The notes under the pieces: model-generated
Told to the model about the DNA's origin: nothing
Seen by the model: the letters and a program-made list of their open reading frames with translations, nothing else
Database searches by the model: none
Program-made: the position numbers and the translations under genes
In this document: in pieces, positions 10,086-20,608 of the stretch
Layout of the letters: every line of letters starts with the position of its first letter
Position numbering within the stretch: the first letter of the stretch is position 1
Assembly: GCA_963729625.1 (NCBI GenBank)
Contig: CAVSOU010000010.1
Coordinates: 1,152,001-1,216,000, forward strand
Direction of reading: 5' to 3'
DNA: 64,000 bases
Source of the DNA: an uncultured bacterium
Lineage (GTDB): Bacteria; Chloroflexota; UBA5177; JANWHV01

Positions 10086-11093
10086 ATGCGCTCTCGAACC
10101 TTCGGGCGAACGGGTTGGCAAGTCTCGGATATCGGGTTTGGTGGATGGGCGATTGGAGGCGGATGGGGTCCTCAGCGGGACGAAGATAGTCTTGCCGCCT
10201 TGCACCGTGCCCTGGACCTGGGCGTGACATTCATCGACACGGCCCAGGGTTACGGCCAGGGGCACAGCGAGCGCCTGATTGGGCGCGTGCTGCGCGAGCG
10301 CGGCCAGCGCGTCGGTACGGGCGACATCAAGGTGGCCACGAAGATCCCGCCGACCGATGGTCACTGGCCTCCGTTCCCCGATGACGATATGAATGTGCGC
10401 TACCCCGCGGTCTATCTTCGGCGGCGAGTCGAGGAAAGCCTGCGGCGGCTAGACGCCGAACGTCTGGATCTCCTGCAGCTTCACACCTGGACACGAGCAT
10501 GGAATCAGCAGCCAGCACCGTTGGTGACGCTGCGCGAGCTCCAAAAGGAAGGGAAGATCGGCGCGATTGGCATTTCCACGCCCGAGCATGATCAGAACTC
10601 TTTGATCCAGCTCATGCGTCAGGGTTGGCTGGACGGCATCCAGGTGATCTACAACATCTTTGAGCAAGAGCCTGCCGCGGAGTTGCTCCCTGCCGCTTTG
10701 GAAAACGGCGTGGGCGTGATCGTGCGGGTGGTCTTTGACGAGGGTTCCCTGACCGGGAAGTTCACGTCACGGACGACGTTCGTTCAAGGAGATTTCCGGT
10801 GCTCCTACTTTCGCGGTGATCGTCTCGCCACAGTCGTAAACAAGGTCGAAGCCGTGCGGCTGGCCGTGCGGAAGGTAACCGGGGAGCAGCAGCCGGACAT
10901 GGCGGGAACAGCGATTCGGTTTGCCCTGCAGCACCCCGCCGTATCCACGGTAATCCCGGGTATCCGAACGGTGAGCCAGGCTGAGGCAAACGTCGCGGTG
11001 TCGGATTTGGGACCACTTGATTCGCGCCTCTATGCCGCTCTCAAGGAGCACAACTGGCGCCGTGGAGATTGGTATGGTGGCGAAGGCATCTAA
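10086..11093 (+). CDS. Aldo/keto reductase
   Basis: GFGGWAIGG, FIDTAQGYG, VATK, DLLQLH, VIPG. Confidence 0.92.
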   Translation: MRSRTFGRTGWQVSDIGFGGWAIGGGWGPQRDEDSLAALHRALDLGVTFIDTAQGYGQGHSERLIGRVLRERGQRVGTGDIKVATKIPPTDGHWPPFPDDDMNVRYPAVYLRRRVEESLRRLDAERLDLLQLHTWTRAWNQQPAPLVTLRELQKEGKIGAIGISTPEHDQNSLIQLMRQGWLDGIQVIYNIFEQEPAAELLPAALENGVGVIVRVVFDEGSLTGKFTSRTTFVQGDFRCSYFRGDRLATVVNKVEAVRLAVRKVTGEQQPDMAGTAIRFALQHPAVSTVIPGIRTVSQAEANVAVSDLGPLDSRLYAALKEHNWRRGDWYGGEGI

Positions 11094-11223
11094 ATCCAGG
11101 CAACACTATCCGAAACCCGGCCATCGGCACAGGGGCTGGATGCGTTTCCCGTTCATAACGCCGCCAGACGAACTCCGGAGGGCTGCCTTCGGCGAACGGC
11201 CGCGGCAGGCGCGTTGAAGGGCC

Positions 11224-12429
11224 ATGATGAGCAATGAAGTTGTAAGCCCGGATTCCCTCGGCTGGAGCTCACGTTCGGTGTGGGCCGGTGAGGAAGAGTA
11301 CCTGTTGCAGGGTGCCACGCAAGTGCCGGTCGTGCACAGCGTGTCATTCGGTTATCGCGATGTCGACGAATGGCTGGCCGTCGCTCGGGGCGAGAGACCG
11401 GGCCATATTTATGGCCGCAACACCAATCCGACCGTGCAGGTGCTTGAGGAAAAGATCAGGCAGTTGGAAGGCGCCGAAGCAGCCACGAGCTTTGCCACGG
11501 GCATGGCCGCAATCAGTGGCACGCTGTTCGCCCTGCTCAGGCCAGGCGATCGTGTCGTTTCGGTAAAGGACACCTACGGAGGAACCAACAAGCTGTTCTT
11601 GGAGTTCCTTCCGCGTGCCGGCATACCCGTGCAGCTTTGCGATACCACGGATTTTGCATCAATTGAAGCTGAGATCCTCACCGGTTGTTCGTTGCTGTAT
11701 CTCGAGAGCCCGACAAATCCGACGTTGAAGGTCGTCGACCTGGAGCGATTGGCTGCCGCCGCCCATCGTGCCGGAGCAATCGTTGTGGTCGACAACACAT
11801 TTGCGACGCCGATCAACCAGAATCCTCTGGCGTTGGGTGCGGACCTGGTCCTGCATAGCGCGACCAAATTCCTTGGCGGACATGCCGATGCGCTGGGCGG
11901 CCTCGTATGCGGCTCCCGGGCACTCGTCGGCCAGGTCTATCACTATCGTGAGATCAACGGCGCTACCCTCGATCCTATGGCCGCCTATCTGTTGCTTCGC
12001 GGCATGAAGACGCTGAGCCTGCGCGTTCGTCAGCAGAACGAGAGTGCGATGCGTATCGCTCAGTTCCTGCAAACCCAACCCGGTGTGGATCGTGTCTTCT
12101 ATCCCGGGCTGCCTGACCACGAAGGGTATGCAGTGGCGCGGCGTCAGATGCGAGGCTTCGGCGGTGTGCTGAGCTTCATGCTCGCGGGAGGATTCGACGC
12201 AGTCCGCGCGTTTCTGCCACAGCTGCGCCTGGCGCATCTTGCCGCAAACCTTGGCGCGGTAGAAACAGTGGCCGGACCGCCCGCCACCACAAGCCATGTC
12301 GAATCGTCGCCCGAGGAACGCGCACGTATGGGGATACCAGAGGGATTGATTCGCTACTCGGTCGGAATAGAGGACGTGGACGACCTGATTCGCGACCTCC
12401 GACGGGCGTTTGACGCAATTCTAGCCTGA
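11224..12429 (+). CDS. Cystathionine gamma-synthase/lyase family PLP enzyme
   Basis: YGRNTNPT, ESPTNP, VDNTFATP, HSATKFLGGH (PLP Lys), RYSVGIE. Confidence 0.92.
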   Translation: MMSNEVVSPDSLGWSSRSVWAGEEEYLLQGATQVPVVHSVSFGYRDVDEWLAVARGERPGHIYGRNTNPTVQVLEEKIRQLEGAEAATSFATGMAAISGTLFALLRPGDRVVSVKDTYGGTNKLFLEFLPRAGIPVQLCDTTDFASIEAEILTGCSLLYLESPTNPTLKVVDLERLAAAAHRAGAIVVVDNTFATPINQNPLALGADLVLHSATKFLGGHADALGGLVCGSRALVGQVYHYREINGATLDPMAAYLLLRGMKTLSLRVRQQNESAMRIAQFLQTQPGVDRVFYPGLPDHEGYAVARRQMRGFGGVLSFMLAGGFDAVRAFLPQLRLAHLAANLGAVETVAGPPATTSHVESSPEERARMGIPEGLIRYSVGIEDVDDLIRDLRRAFDAILA

Positions 12430-12433
12430 CAAC

Positions 12434-12463
12434 GGGTAGGCGCAAGACCCTCGACGCCTGCCT
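12434..12463 (+). terminator. Stem-loop after the PLP enzyme gene
   Basis: GGGTAGGCG...CGCCTGCCT, a 9-bp stem including G-U pairs, just after the stop codon. Confidence 0.35.
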
Positions 12464-12544
12464 CTGAAGCTAGGTGCTGCACAGGCAACCCCACAGGGGA
12501 TTGACCACAGCGCGACAGCTGCCGAAGTGTCGGGAGACCGAACC

Positions 12545-12628
12545 ATGACCATGGCAAGCCGCGAGCAGATCCTGGCCGTGAGCGGCGGCATCCTGGGCTA
12601 TTTCTTCCGGCGTGGCTGGCTTCAGTAG
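12545..12628 (+). other. 27-aa small ORF resembling the CorA C-terminal TM tail
   Basis: MTMASREQILAVSGGILGYFFRRGWLQ, with GGGAG upstream. The YFxRRGWL end is typical of CorA. Confidence 0.3.
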
Positions 12629-12642
12629 GGTTCAGGTTAGGT

Positions 12643-15006
12643 TCAGAACGATTGGTGTTCGGTCCGGGCAATGATCTCGTCCTGCAGAGCCTTGCCAAGA
12701 TCGCAGAAGTAGTCGCTGTAACCTGCCACGCGCACGATCAGGTCGCGATGCCCTTCAGGATGCCGCTGCGCATCGAGCAGACTTGCTGCATCGACCACGT
12801 TGAACTGTATGTGATGCCCGTCGAGCTTGAAATATGTGCGGATCAGTCCGACCAGGCCGTCCATACCGGCCTCGTCCGCCAGCAGCTGCGGAGTGAACTT
12901 CTGGTTCAGCAGTGTGCCGCCAGTCCGGACATGATCCATCTTCGCCGCCGACTGGACTGCCGACGTAGGGCCACGGCGATCTGCTCCCTGCACGGGTGAT
13001 ATCCCCTCGGAGAGCGGTTCACCTGCGCGACGTCCGTCAGGTGTCGCGCCAATCACCGAGCCAAAATAGACATGCACCGTGGTCGGCAGCAAGTTGATAC
13101 GATATCTGCCGCCCTTGGTGTTCGGTCGGCCGTCGATGGCATCGAAGTAGATGTCGAAGACCTGCCTCATAACGCTGTCGGCGTAGTCGTCGTCGTTGCC
13201 GTACCGTGGTGTGAGGTTAAGCAGCAACTGGCGCGATCGCTCTTGTCCGGCGAAGTTGGCGTTCAGTGTCGCAACCAGCTGGTCCATCGTCAGCGCGTGG
13301 CGATCGAACACGTGATACTTGATCGCAGTGAGGGAATCGGTGATCGTGCCAAGCCCCACGCCCTGGATATAGCTGGTGTTATACCGTGCGCCGCCGTCGT
13401 GATAATCACGGCCGGTCGCAATACAGTCGTCGGTGAGCAGTGACAGGAACGGCGCGGGCATATGGAGAGCGTACAGCCGTTCGATCACACAGTTGCCGCG
13501 AATCTTGACATCGACGAAGTGACGGAGCTGCCGCTCGTAGGCTGACATCACGTCATCGAACGACGTGAACTGCCCGGGATCGCCGGTGGATACGCCAATT
13601 CGCGCGCCCGTCAGCGGATCGACGCCGTCGTGCAGGGCCAGCTCCAGCATTTTCGGCATGTTGAAATAGCCGGTCAGGTTGTAGTTCTCTTTGCCGAAGG
13701 CGCCCACCTCGACGCAGCCACTCGACCCGCCCGCCCGGGCGTCGTGGACGGATTTGCCTTGCCGCACCAGCTCCTGCACGATCAGGTCGGCATTGAAGAC
13801 GGAGGGCTGGCCGAAACCGGTCCGGATGATCTCGCCGGCACGCCTGAGGAAGCGATCGGGGCACTTCTTGCTGACCTGAATCGACGCACTGGGTTGCAGC
13901 AGGCGCATCGATTCAATCACGTCGAGCAACAGGTACGTCACGTCGTTCACTGCATTCGACCCGTCGGATTTGACCCCGCCGAGATTGATCTGCGCGAAAT
14001 CAGTATAGGTGCCGCTCTCCTCCGCGGTGATGCCCACCTTGGGCGGCGCCGGCTGATTGTTGAACTTGATCCAAAAGCACTGCAGCAACTCCTCCGCGGC
14101 CTCTCGGGTAAGCGATCCGTCGGCAATGCCACTGGCGTAGAAGGGGTACAGGTGCTGATCGAGGTGCCCGGGGGAAAAGGCATCCCAGGTGTTAAGCTCG
14201 GTGGTGACACCCAAATGCACGAACCAATAATACTGCAGAGCTTCCCAGAAGTCGCGCGGCGCATGTGCCGGTACATGCAAACAGACCGTCGCAATGTGTT
14301 CCAGCTCACGTTTGCGTGCCGGATCGCTCTCTTGCAGTGCCTGCGCGCTCGCCATCTCGGCGTGGCGTTCCGCAAAACGGATCAGGGCATCGGTACAGAT
14401 TGACATCGCCTGCAGTTCCTGTTGCCTCGCATAGGCCTGCGGGTCGCCAAGGTAATCCAGTCGGCGCAAGCCGTCGTGGATATCGTGCTTGAAGTCCAGC
14501 ATACCTCTGCCGTAGATTTTGCCGTCCAGCACAGTGTGGCCCGGCGCGCGCTGCTCCATGAACTCGGTGAAGACGCCGGCTTGGTAGGCCGCATTCCATT
14601 CGTCCGTCATCTCTCGAAAGATCAGGTCTCGCATCGATTGGTGCTGCCAGAAAGGCTGGATCATCTCGGCATGCACGTCCCGTGCCTGCCCACTGACCGC
14701 GAACGGGATCTTGTCGCGCGTGTCCAGGATTTCGAGGTCCTGCAGACTGTGGCAGCAGAGCTCAGGATAGGTCGGCGTTGCCTTGGGCGCCGGGCCCTTC
14801 TCGCCGACGATAAGCTCGTCGGCGCCGATATAGACGGTCTTGTGCTCCATCAGATACTGAAACGCCAACGCGCGGCGCATCGGCGCGGAGAGCAGGCCTG
14901 TCTGCCGCCGATAGGCGTCGGTCAGTAGCACGGCGCGTTCGGTGGAAATACATGGCGTGGCATCCAAACTCTGGCGGCGCAGGCGGATCACGCGATCACC
15001 GAGCAT
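12643..15006 (-). CDS. hypD: Glycyl radical enzyme, trans-4-hydroxy-L-proline dehydratase-like
   Basis: RVAGYS glycyl motif and GCVE. Motifs I recall as HypD-specific are present: FMEQRAPGH, TELNxWDAF, NNQPAPPKVG, ESxTYTDF, LTGY, LPTT. Confidence 0.88.
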   Translation of the reverse strand: MLGDRVIRLRRQSLDATPCISTERAVLLTDAYRRQTGLLSAPMRRALAFQYLMEHKTVYIGADELIVGEKGPAPKATPTYPELCCHSLQDLEILDTRDKIPFAVSGQARDVHAEMIQPFWQHQSMRDLIFREMTDEWNAAYQAGVFTEFMEQRAPGHTVLDGKIYGRGMLDFKHDIHDGLRRLDYLGDPQAYARQQELQAMSICTDALIRFAERHAEMASAQALQESDPARKRELEHIATVCLHVPAHAPRDFWEALQYYWFVHLGVTTELNTWDAFSPGHLDQHLYPFYASGIADGSLTREAAEELLQCFWIKFNNQPAPPKVGITAEESGTYTDFAQINLGGVKSDGSNAVNDVTYLLLDVIESMRLLQPSASIQVSKKCPDRFLRRAGEIIRTGFGQPSVFNADLIVQELVRQGKSVHDARAGGSSGCVEVGAFGKENYNLTGYFNMPKMLELALHDGVDPLTGARIGVSTGDPGQFTSFDDVMSAYERQLRHFVDVKIRGNCVIERLYALHMPAPFLSLLTDDCIATGRDYHDGGARYNTSYIQGVGLGTITDSLTAIKYHVFDRHALTMDQLVATLNANFAGQERSRQLLLNLTPRYGNDDDYADSVMRQVFDIYFDAIDGRPNTKGGRYRINLLPTTVHVYFGSVIGATPDGRRAGEPLSEGISPVQGADRRGPTSAVQSAAKMDHVRTGGTLLNQKFTPQLLADEAGMDGLVGLIRTYFKLDGHHIQFNVVDAASLLDAQRHPEGHRDLIVRVAGYSDYFCDLGKALQDEIIARTEHQSF

Positions 15007-15914
15007 CCTTGTCCTCCAACGGTCACATTCAGTCCGAACTGGCTCAACAGGAGCGCGACACGTTCCACACGCTCAAGTGAGGGTGGACGCATGCCGGAAA
15101 GTCGATATGGTTTCCCCAGGTTACTGTACTTGTCCGTCGCGACGGCGTGATACGGCAGAATATCGACCCCGTCGACCTGTGCCAGCGACGCGGCAAACGC
15201 GCCGATCTGGCCGATCGTCTCATCGTCGTCATTGATGCCGGGGATGAGCGGCACACGGAGCATGATACCGTGCCGGTGTTGCGATAATCGCCGTAGGTTT
15301 CTTAGGATTGGCGCGTTGGGCACGCCCGTGTACTCGCGATGTGTGGCATTGTCTATCAGCTTGAGATCGAATAAGAACAGGTCGACGAACTCGCGAATGA
15401 GGTTGAAACTCTCCCATGCCGCGAACCCGCTCGTGTCTACAACGGTATGAATATCTTTCGCCTTGCACGCTTGAAGCAGCGCGAGCAGAAAATCGCGCTG
15501 CAATAAGGGCTCGCCACCGGAAAAGGTTGCTCCACCACCGGACTGATCGTAAAAGGCGATGTCGCTTTCCACCTCGGTCATCACCTGCGCGGTGGTCATC
15601 TCCTTGCCAATTCGTTCGCGCGCCTGGGCGTAGCACTCGCCGGCACACGTGCCGCAGTGCTTGCACGCCGCCCGATCGGTGACCGGCGCACCTTCCGCCC
15701 ACCGAATAGCGTGCTGGGGACATATCTCGACGCAGGCTCCGCAGCGAATGCAGCGGTTTCCATGAAGGATCATTTCCGGGGCACTTGCCTGGCTTTCAGG
15801 GTTGTGACACCACCAGCAATTGAGCGGGCATCCCTTGAAGAACACTGTCGTCCGGATGCCGGGACCATCATGAATCGAGTATTTCTTGATATCGAAAACC
15901 AGGCCGCTCTCCAC
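14988..15914 (-). CDS. Glycyl radical enzyme activating enzyme (radical SAM with 2x[4Fe-4S] insert)
   Basis: HDGPGIRT, CPLNCWWC, two CxxCxxCxxxC motifs, SGGEP. GTG start after GGAGG. Overlaps the hypD start. Confidence 0.93.
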   Translation of the reverse strand: MESGLVFDIKKYSIHDGPGIRTTVFFKGCPLNCWWCHNPESQASAPEMILHGNRCIRCGACVEICPQHAIRWAEGAPVTDRAACKHCGTCAGECYAQARERIGKEMTTAQVMTEVESDIAFYDQSGGGATFSGGEPLLQRDFLLALLQACKAKDIHTVVDTSGFAAWESFNLIREFVDLFLFDLKLIDNATHREYTGVPNAPILRNLRRLSQHRHGIMLRVPLIPGINDDDETIGQIGAFAASLAQVDGVDILPYHAVATDKYSNLGKPYRLSGMRPPSLERVERVALLLSQFGLNVTVGGQGCSVIA

Positions 15915-16238
15915 GGTGCCTCCACTCTGCAGTAGCAGCGTATGCGTGTACAAACGAGACTGTCAACCAGCGCGCCAACGCCCCGGTGGGCATCTACGCA
16001 GACGCATTAGTCTGCATATCCATAGCAATACTATTGCACCCCCTAGGTGCAAGGTGGGGGTTCCGTTTGCCGGCCCGGTTTTCGGGCGCACATGCCGCCT
16101 GTGACACGCCGTACATTGATGGATGGGCCTCTGCTGTCGCGCCACATACGGGTTTCCTAGTGCGTCATGGAGGCTCGGTCTGCCTTGCAAAGTCCTGCGG
16201 AGCTGGACGTGCGTATTGACTGGGAGAAGAGGAGAGCG

Positions 16239-17000
16239 ATGCCTGAAAGGCGAGCGCTGGTCACGGGAGCATCGCGGGGTATCGGCGCGGCGATCGCCGC
16301 TGCCCTGGCCACGGCCGGCCACGTGGTTGCCGTGCACTGCCACAGGAACATCGCCGCGGCGCAAAACGTGGTCGCCGGCCTGCCCGGGCAGGGCCATTGC
16401 GTCGTGACCGGCGACCTCGCCGATCCCGACCAAGTTCAGGCGTTCGTCTCCGCCACGGTCAGCGCACTGGGCGGCATCGATACCCTGATCAACAACGCGG
16501 GCATCTACAGTGACCACCCCATATCCGCAGTCTCCTATGCTGAGTGGCAGGCCGCCTGGCGGCAGACTCTTGACGTCAATGTCCGTGGCAGCGCCAACGT
16601 GACCTGGTGTGTGGTCGACCATCTCCTCCACCGGCCCGAGGGACCAAGAGGCGCGCGTATCATCACGATCGGATCGCGCGGCGCATATCGCGGAGAGCCT
16701 ACCGCTCCAGCGTACGGTGCTAGCAAGGCCGCAGTGCAGGCCATGAGCCAGTCCCTGGCGGTGGCCCTCGCCGCGCACGGCATCGCCGTGGCTGCCGTTG
16801 CGCCGGGCTTTGTGCGGACGGAGATGGCCGAAGCAACGCTGTCCGGTGCGTTAGGCGACACGATTCGGGCCCAGAGTCCCTTCCTGCGAGTGGCCGAGCC
16901 GACGGAGATTGCCGCGGCCGTGGCGTGGCTCGCCTCGCCTGGAGCAGAGTGGGCGAGCGGCGCCGTGCTGGACCTGAACGGCGCCTCCTATCTACGCTGA
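16239..17000 (+). CDS. SDR oxidoreductase
   Basis: TGASRGIG, NNAG, YGASK. Confidence 0.92.
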   Translation: MPERRALVTGASRGIGAAIAAALATAGHVVAVHCHRNIAAAQNVVAGLPGQGHCVVTGDLADPDQVQAFVSATVSALGGIDTLINNAGIYSDHPISAVSYAEWQAAWRQTLDVNVRGSANVTWCVVDHLLHRPEGPRGARIITIGSRGAYRGEPTAPAYGASKAAVQAMSQSLAVALAAHGIAVAAVAPGFVRTEMAEATLSGALGDTIRAQSPFLRVAEPTEIAAAVAWLASPGAEWASGAVLDLNGASYLR

Positions 17001-17222
17001 GCGTCCCGCCCTAGCCATGGAACGAGTTAACGAGTTGCACATCTTGCCGCGCGCGTGTAGCAGCACGTACACTTGCTGCAAGCCAACAGACTGCACGGCA
17101 GCATGCGGTTCGCCTGCTGGGTCGGAGCGGTTGCAGGCAGACCAGTGATGTGCGAGCTGGGTCAATGCCGCACCATTACGGTCGGCACCCGCGACAATTG
17201 ACGCCGCAGAGAGTATAGGGCC

Positions 17223-19313
17223 GTGAAGGCGCTGATCCAGGGTGGCGTGCAGCAGGCACGGCGAGGGTTGCGACACTGGTGGCGCCCAATGTTGCTCTGG
17301 GCTGTCGTGGTCGTAGCCTCCGGAATTGTCGCGATACAGAGTGATGCGCGCGAGCGGAAGGCTCTTTCCGACCAGTTTACGCTGCGCACGACAATCGCCG
17401 GCACGTTTCTGGCCAGGTACGTCCAGGACCAGCAGACGCTCATGCGCGTGCGGGGTGAGGACCTGCTTGCTGGACCGATTGTTACCGCCCAACAGCTCAA
17501 GTTAGTCGTGTCAGGCCTGGGCTTTGCCGGTGGCGGCGTGTTCGATGGGAACGGGCGGCTGCTTATGAATGCGCCGTATCTCCCAGCTTTCATCGGCCGC
17601 GACTACAGCGCTACGCTGGAGCACGTGCGCCTTGCCGTCCAGACGAACCGATCCGCAGTCTCGCAAGTGCTGGTGTCACCAGCGTTGAACACTCCGGTGG
17701 TCGCCCTTGCCGTACCCTATCCTACCTCGGCAGGGCGACGAATCTTCACCAGCGTGCTGCGGGTGGATGGGAACACGCTGACGAACCTGCTGGGGAATTC
17801 CGTGGGATTACAGACCGACGCGATCTACCTGATCGACCGTACTGAATATGTCATCGCCGGCTCAAGCGCGCTCAAAGCAGCGATTATTCCCCTGAGCAGC
17901 CTTGCGCCTGCGTTGCCGCACGCCTTGGCGCACAACGCACGTGGCTCGTACACTGCCGACCACCACAGCCAGTATTATGCTTCCAGCTCCGTGGGCGCCA
18001 CGGGCTGGCGGCTGGTCACAGCGGTCGGCACGGCGGCACTTTACCAGTCGCTTGCCTCCGGTGAAACCTCCACGCACTTGTTGGTTGGCGCCCTGTGGAT
18101 GGCTTCCCTCCTGGCAGCCATCTGGTACGGCGTGAGCGCCCGCCGGCGGGAACGCGTGCGAGAGGTGCTCGTTCGCGAGCGAGAGATGGCACGGTCAAGT
18201 GCGCGTCTGCAGCAAATCATCGAGGTGCTGCCAGAGGGCCTCATCCTCTATGACACCTCCGGGGAACGCGTGGGCCTGAACCGGGCAGCCGTTGCACTGT
18301 TGGGCGCCAACCTGCTAGGTCAACGCATCGAACAGGACTACCAGGCCGCATGGCGTGTCGATGGCACGCCGTACACGCGCGACGAGTTGCCCGCGGTGCG
18401 CTCGATGCGGACTGGAGAAGTGGTGCTCGGAGAGCAGATGCTTCTACGCAATCTTGCCACGGGCCACGAGACGCCGCTGTTGCTCAGCAGCGCTCCCCTG
18501 CGGGCAGACGACGGGTCGATTGTCGGCGGCATGGCCGTGCTGCAGGATATCTCTGGCCTCGTAGAGCTTGAGCGGCAGCGCGATCGCATGCTTTCTGTAG
18601 TGGCCCACGACCTGCGCAACCCGCTCACCAGTATTGCCGGTATGAGCCAGCTCCTGCAACTGCGGGCCGGCCGTCTGGAAAAGCCGATACGTGGTCGGTT
18701 CGTCCCGAGCCTGCAGACGATCGAGATGGCGGCGAGGCAAATGACGACGCAGATCGGCGATCTGCTCGACTACGCGCAGGCACAGGCTGGTCGGAAGCTG
18801 GAGCTTGCCCTGGAATCCACTGATATCGTGGCCCTTGTGCGAAGAGTGGTGGACCAGCACCGCCACTCGACGGACGCACATACTCTGGAGGTACGCGCTG
18901 CCGAGGAGTCGATTGTGGTCCAGGTGGATCCGCGCCGCATGGAGCGCGGCATTGCGAATCTCGTCGTCAACGCCATCAAGTTCAGTCCCGGAGGGGGACC
19001 GATAGTGGTCACCGTGACGCGAACCGCTGAGCCAGACGGTGACTGGCTGCACATCGACGTCGCCGATCGCGGGGTGGGCATTCCGCGCGCCGAGCTACCG
19101 CGTATCTTCGATCACTACTATCGAGCCAGCAACGTGGCCTCTACGATTCCCGGCACCGGGATCGGACTCGCCGGCGTGCGCTACACGATCGAGCGACACG
19201 GCGGAACGGTGACCGTCGACAGCACTGAAGGCGTGGGGACCGTGGTCACGCTGCGCGTTCCGCTGCGCGACAGCGCCGGCCAGACCGACGCACAGGGTGG
19301 TAGCCTGAGTTGA
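17223..19313 (+). CDS. Membrane sensor histidine kinase (Cache-like sensor, PAS, HisKA, HATPase)
   Basis: Two TM helices, PAS-like region, AHDLRNPLT H-box, NAIKF, DRGVGI, GTGIGL. Confidence 0.92.
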   Translation: MKALIQGGVQQARRGLRHWWRPMLLWAVVVVASGIVAIQSDARERKALSDQFTLRTTIAGTFLARYVQDQQTLMRVRGEDLLAGPIVTAQQLKLVVSGLGFAGGGVFDGNGRLLMNAPYLPAFIGRDYSATLEHVRLAVQTNRSAVSQVLVSPALNTPVVALAVPYPTSAGRRIFTSVLRVDGNTLTNLLGNSVGLQTDAIYLIDRTEYVIAGSSALKAAIIPLSSLAPALPHALAHNARGSYTADHHSQYYASSSVGATGWRLVTAVGTAALYQSLASGETSTHLLVGALWMASLLAAIWYGVSARRRERVREVLVREREMARSSARLQQIIEVLPEGLILYDTSGERVGLNRAAVALLGANLLGQRIEQDYQAAWRVDGTPYTRDELPAVRSMRTGEVVLGEQMLLRNLATGHETPLLLSSAPLRADDGSIVGGMAVLQDISGLVELERQRDRMLSVVAHDLRNPLTSIAGMSQLLQLRAGRLEKPIRGRFVPSLQTIEMAARQMTTQIGDLLDYAQAQAGRKLELALESTDIVALVRRVVDQHRHSTDAHTLEVRAAEESIVVQVDPRRMERGIANLVVNAIKFSPGGGPIVVTVTRTAEPDGDWLHIDVADRGVGIPRAELPRIFDHYYRASNVASTIPGTGIGLAGVRYTIERHGGTVTVDSTEGVGTVVTLRVPLRDSAGQTDAQGGSLS

Positions 19314-19580
19314 ACGCCGCCTCTCGTCTACCCCGCTCGGCCGCTTGCAATGGGTAGCGCCGGAGCGGCGCACGCATGACTCGCAGAGCAGCAATACGTG
19401 GTATCCTCTGGTTACCGGGGAGGGTTCGATGCGGGGCGATTGTGCCGGGGTATTGGCCGACAAGCGAACGATCGACGCGCAGTCCGAGGCACTGGTCGAG
19501 CCCGGCAGCCGTCACCTCCGAGCGACCGCTGCCTGGATGCCGTGCTTCCTTCGCATTTCGGTACGCTTGGGCTGCCGCTC

Positions 19581-20486
19581 GTGACCCCTCAGGCTCGGCG
19601 GGCAGAGCTCCGTCAGCTGTTGGGCGATTTGCCGGACGTCATATCGCCGCCGACGGCGACGAAGCTGGACGAAGCGGTGCGCGATGACTACGTGCTGGAG
19701 ACGCTCGTACTCGACCTGAACGGCCTCGAAACCGTGCCGGCCTACTTCTCGCGGCCGCGCCATGCGACGGGGCGAGCGCCGGCTGTGCTCTACAACCACT
19801 ATCACAACTACGACTACGAGTCGGGCAAGCGCGAACTCATCAACGGAGCCAGTCTCATGCAGCAGCCGCCGTATGCGGTGGCGCTCGCGCGGCAGGGATA
19901 TGCCGCGCTGTGTATCGACGCGTGGGCCTTTGGCGAGCGACGCGGGCGCACAGAGTCAGAGATCTTCAAGCAGATGTTGTGGCAGGGCCAGGTGCTGTGG
20001 GGCATGATGGTGTTCGATAGCCTGCGCGCCGTCGACTACCTGACTGCGCGCGATGATGTCGACAGCGGACGTCTGGCCACGCTTGGGATGTCGATGGGCA
20101 GCTCGATGGCCCAGTGGGTCGCTGCCCTGGACGAACGGGTGCACGTCTGCGTCGATCTGTGCTGCTTGACCGACTACCAGGCCCTCATTGACACGCAGAA
20201 TCTGGACGGCCACGGCCTCTACTACTACGTGCCGCACCTGCTGAAGCACTTTAGCTCCGCGGAGATCAACGCGTTGATCGCCCCCCGACCACATTTGGGC
20301 CTGGCCGGGAATTTCGATCGACTCACGCCGAAGGTGGGCCTCGACCGCATCGATGCCCATCTCCGGCAGGTCTATACGGAGCGCGGTGTCCCTCAAGCCT
20401 GGCAGTTGCAGCGCTACAACGTCGGCCACCTCGAGACTGCGGCGATGCGCGCCACGGTCCTTGCATTCCTGGCGCGGTGGCTGTAG
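19581..20486 (+). CDS. Alpha/beta hydrolase (dienelactone hydrolase/acetyl esterase-like)
   Basis: GMSMG nucleophile elbow, ALIAPRP, GHLET. Start uncertain (ORF open from 19398). Confidence 0.82.
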   Translation: MTPQARRAELRQLLGDLPDVISPPTATKLDEAVRDDYVLETLVLDLNGLETVPAYFSRPRHATGRAPAVLYNHYHNYDYESGKRELINGASLMQQPPYAVALARQGYAALCIDAWAFGERRGRTESEIFKQMLWQGQVLWGMMVFDSLRAVDYLTARDDVDSGRLATLGMSMGSSMAQWVAALDERVHVCVDLCCLTDYQALIDTQNLDGHGLYYYVPHLLKHFSSAEINALIAPRPHLGLAGNFDRLTPKVGLDRIDAHLRQVYTERGVPQAWQLQRYNVGHLETAAMRATVLAFLARWL

Positions 20487-20608
20487 AACTCCAGCACGCG
20501 TTGCCCTCTTCGACTTGCAGGCGTGTTTGACCTCGGCACGACCGGCCGCTCTCTCTGCCGCGCGCCGTCCCGAACAGAGCGGTCGCGAGACAGCCTTGGC
20601 CCGTAAGC

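Noticed and set aside
12643-15006. Pyruvate formate-lyase or choline TMA-lyase
   Set aside because: Single active-site Cys (GCVE) rather than the PFL Cys-Cys pair; the motifs fit HypD better than CutC.
17021-17036. AACGAGTT tandem duplicate (also CCCTATCG x2 near 25277)
   Set aside because: Only two short copies; insufficient evidence of function.
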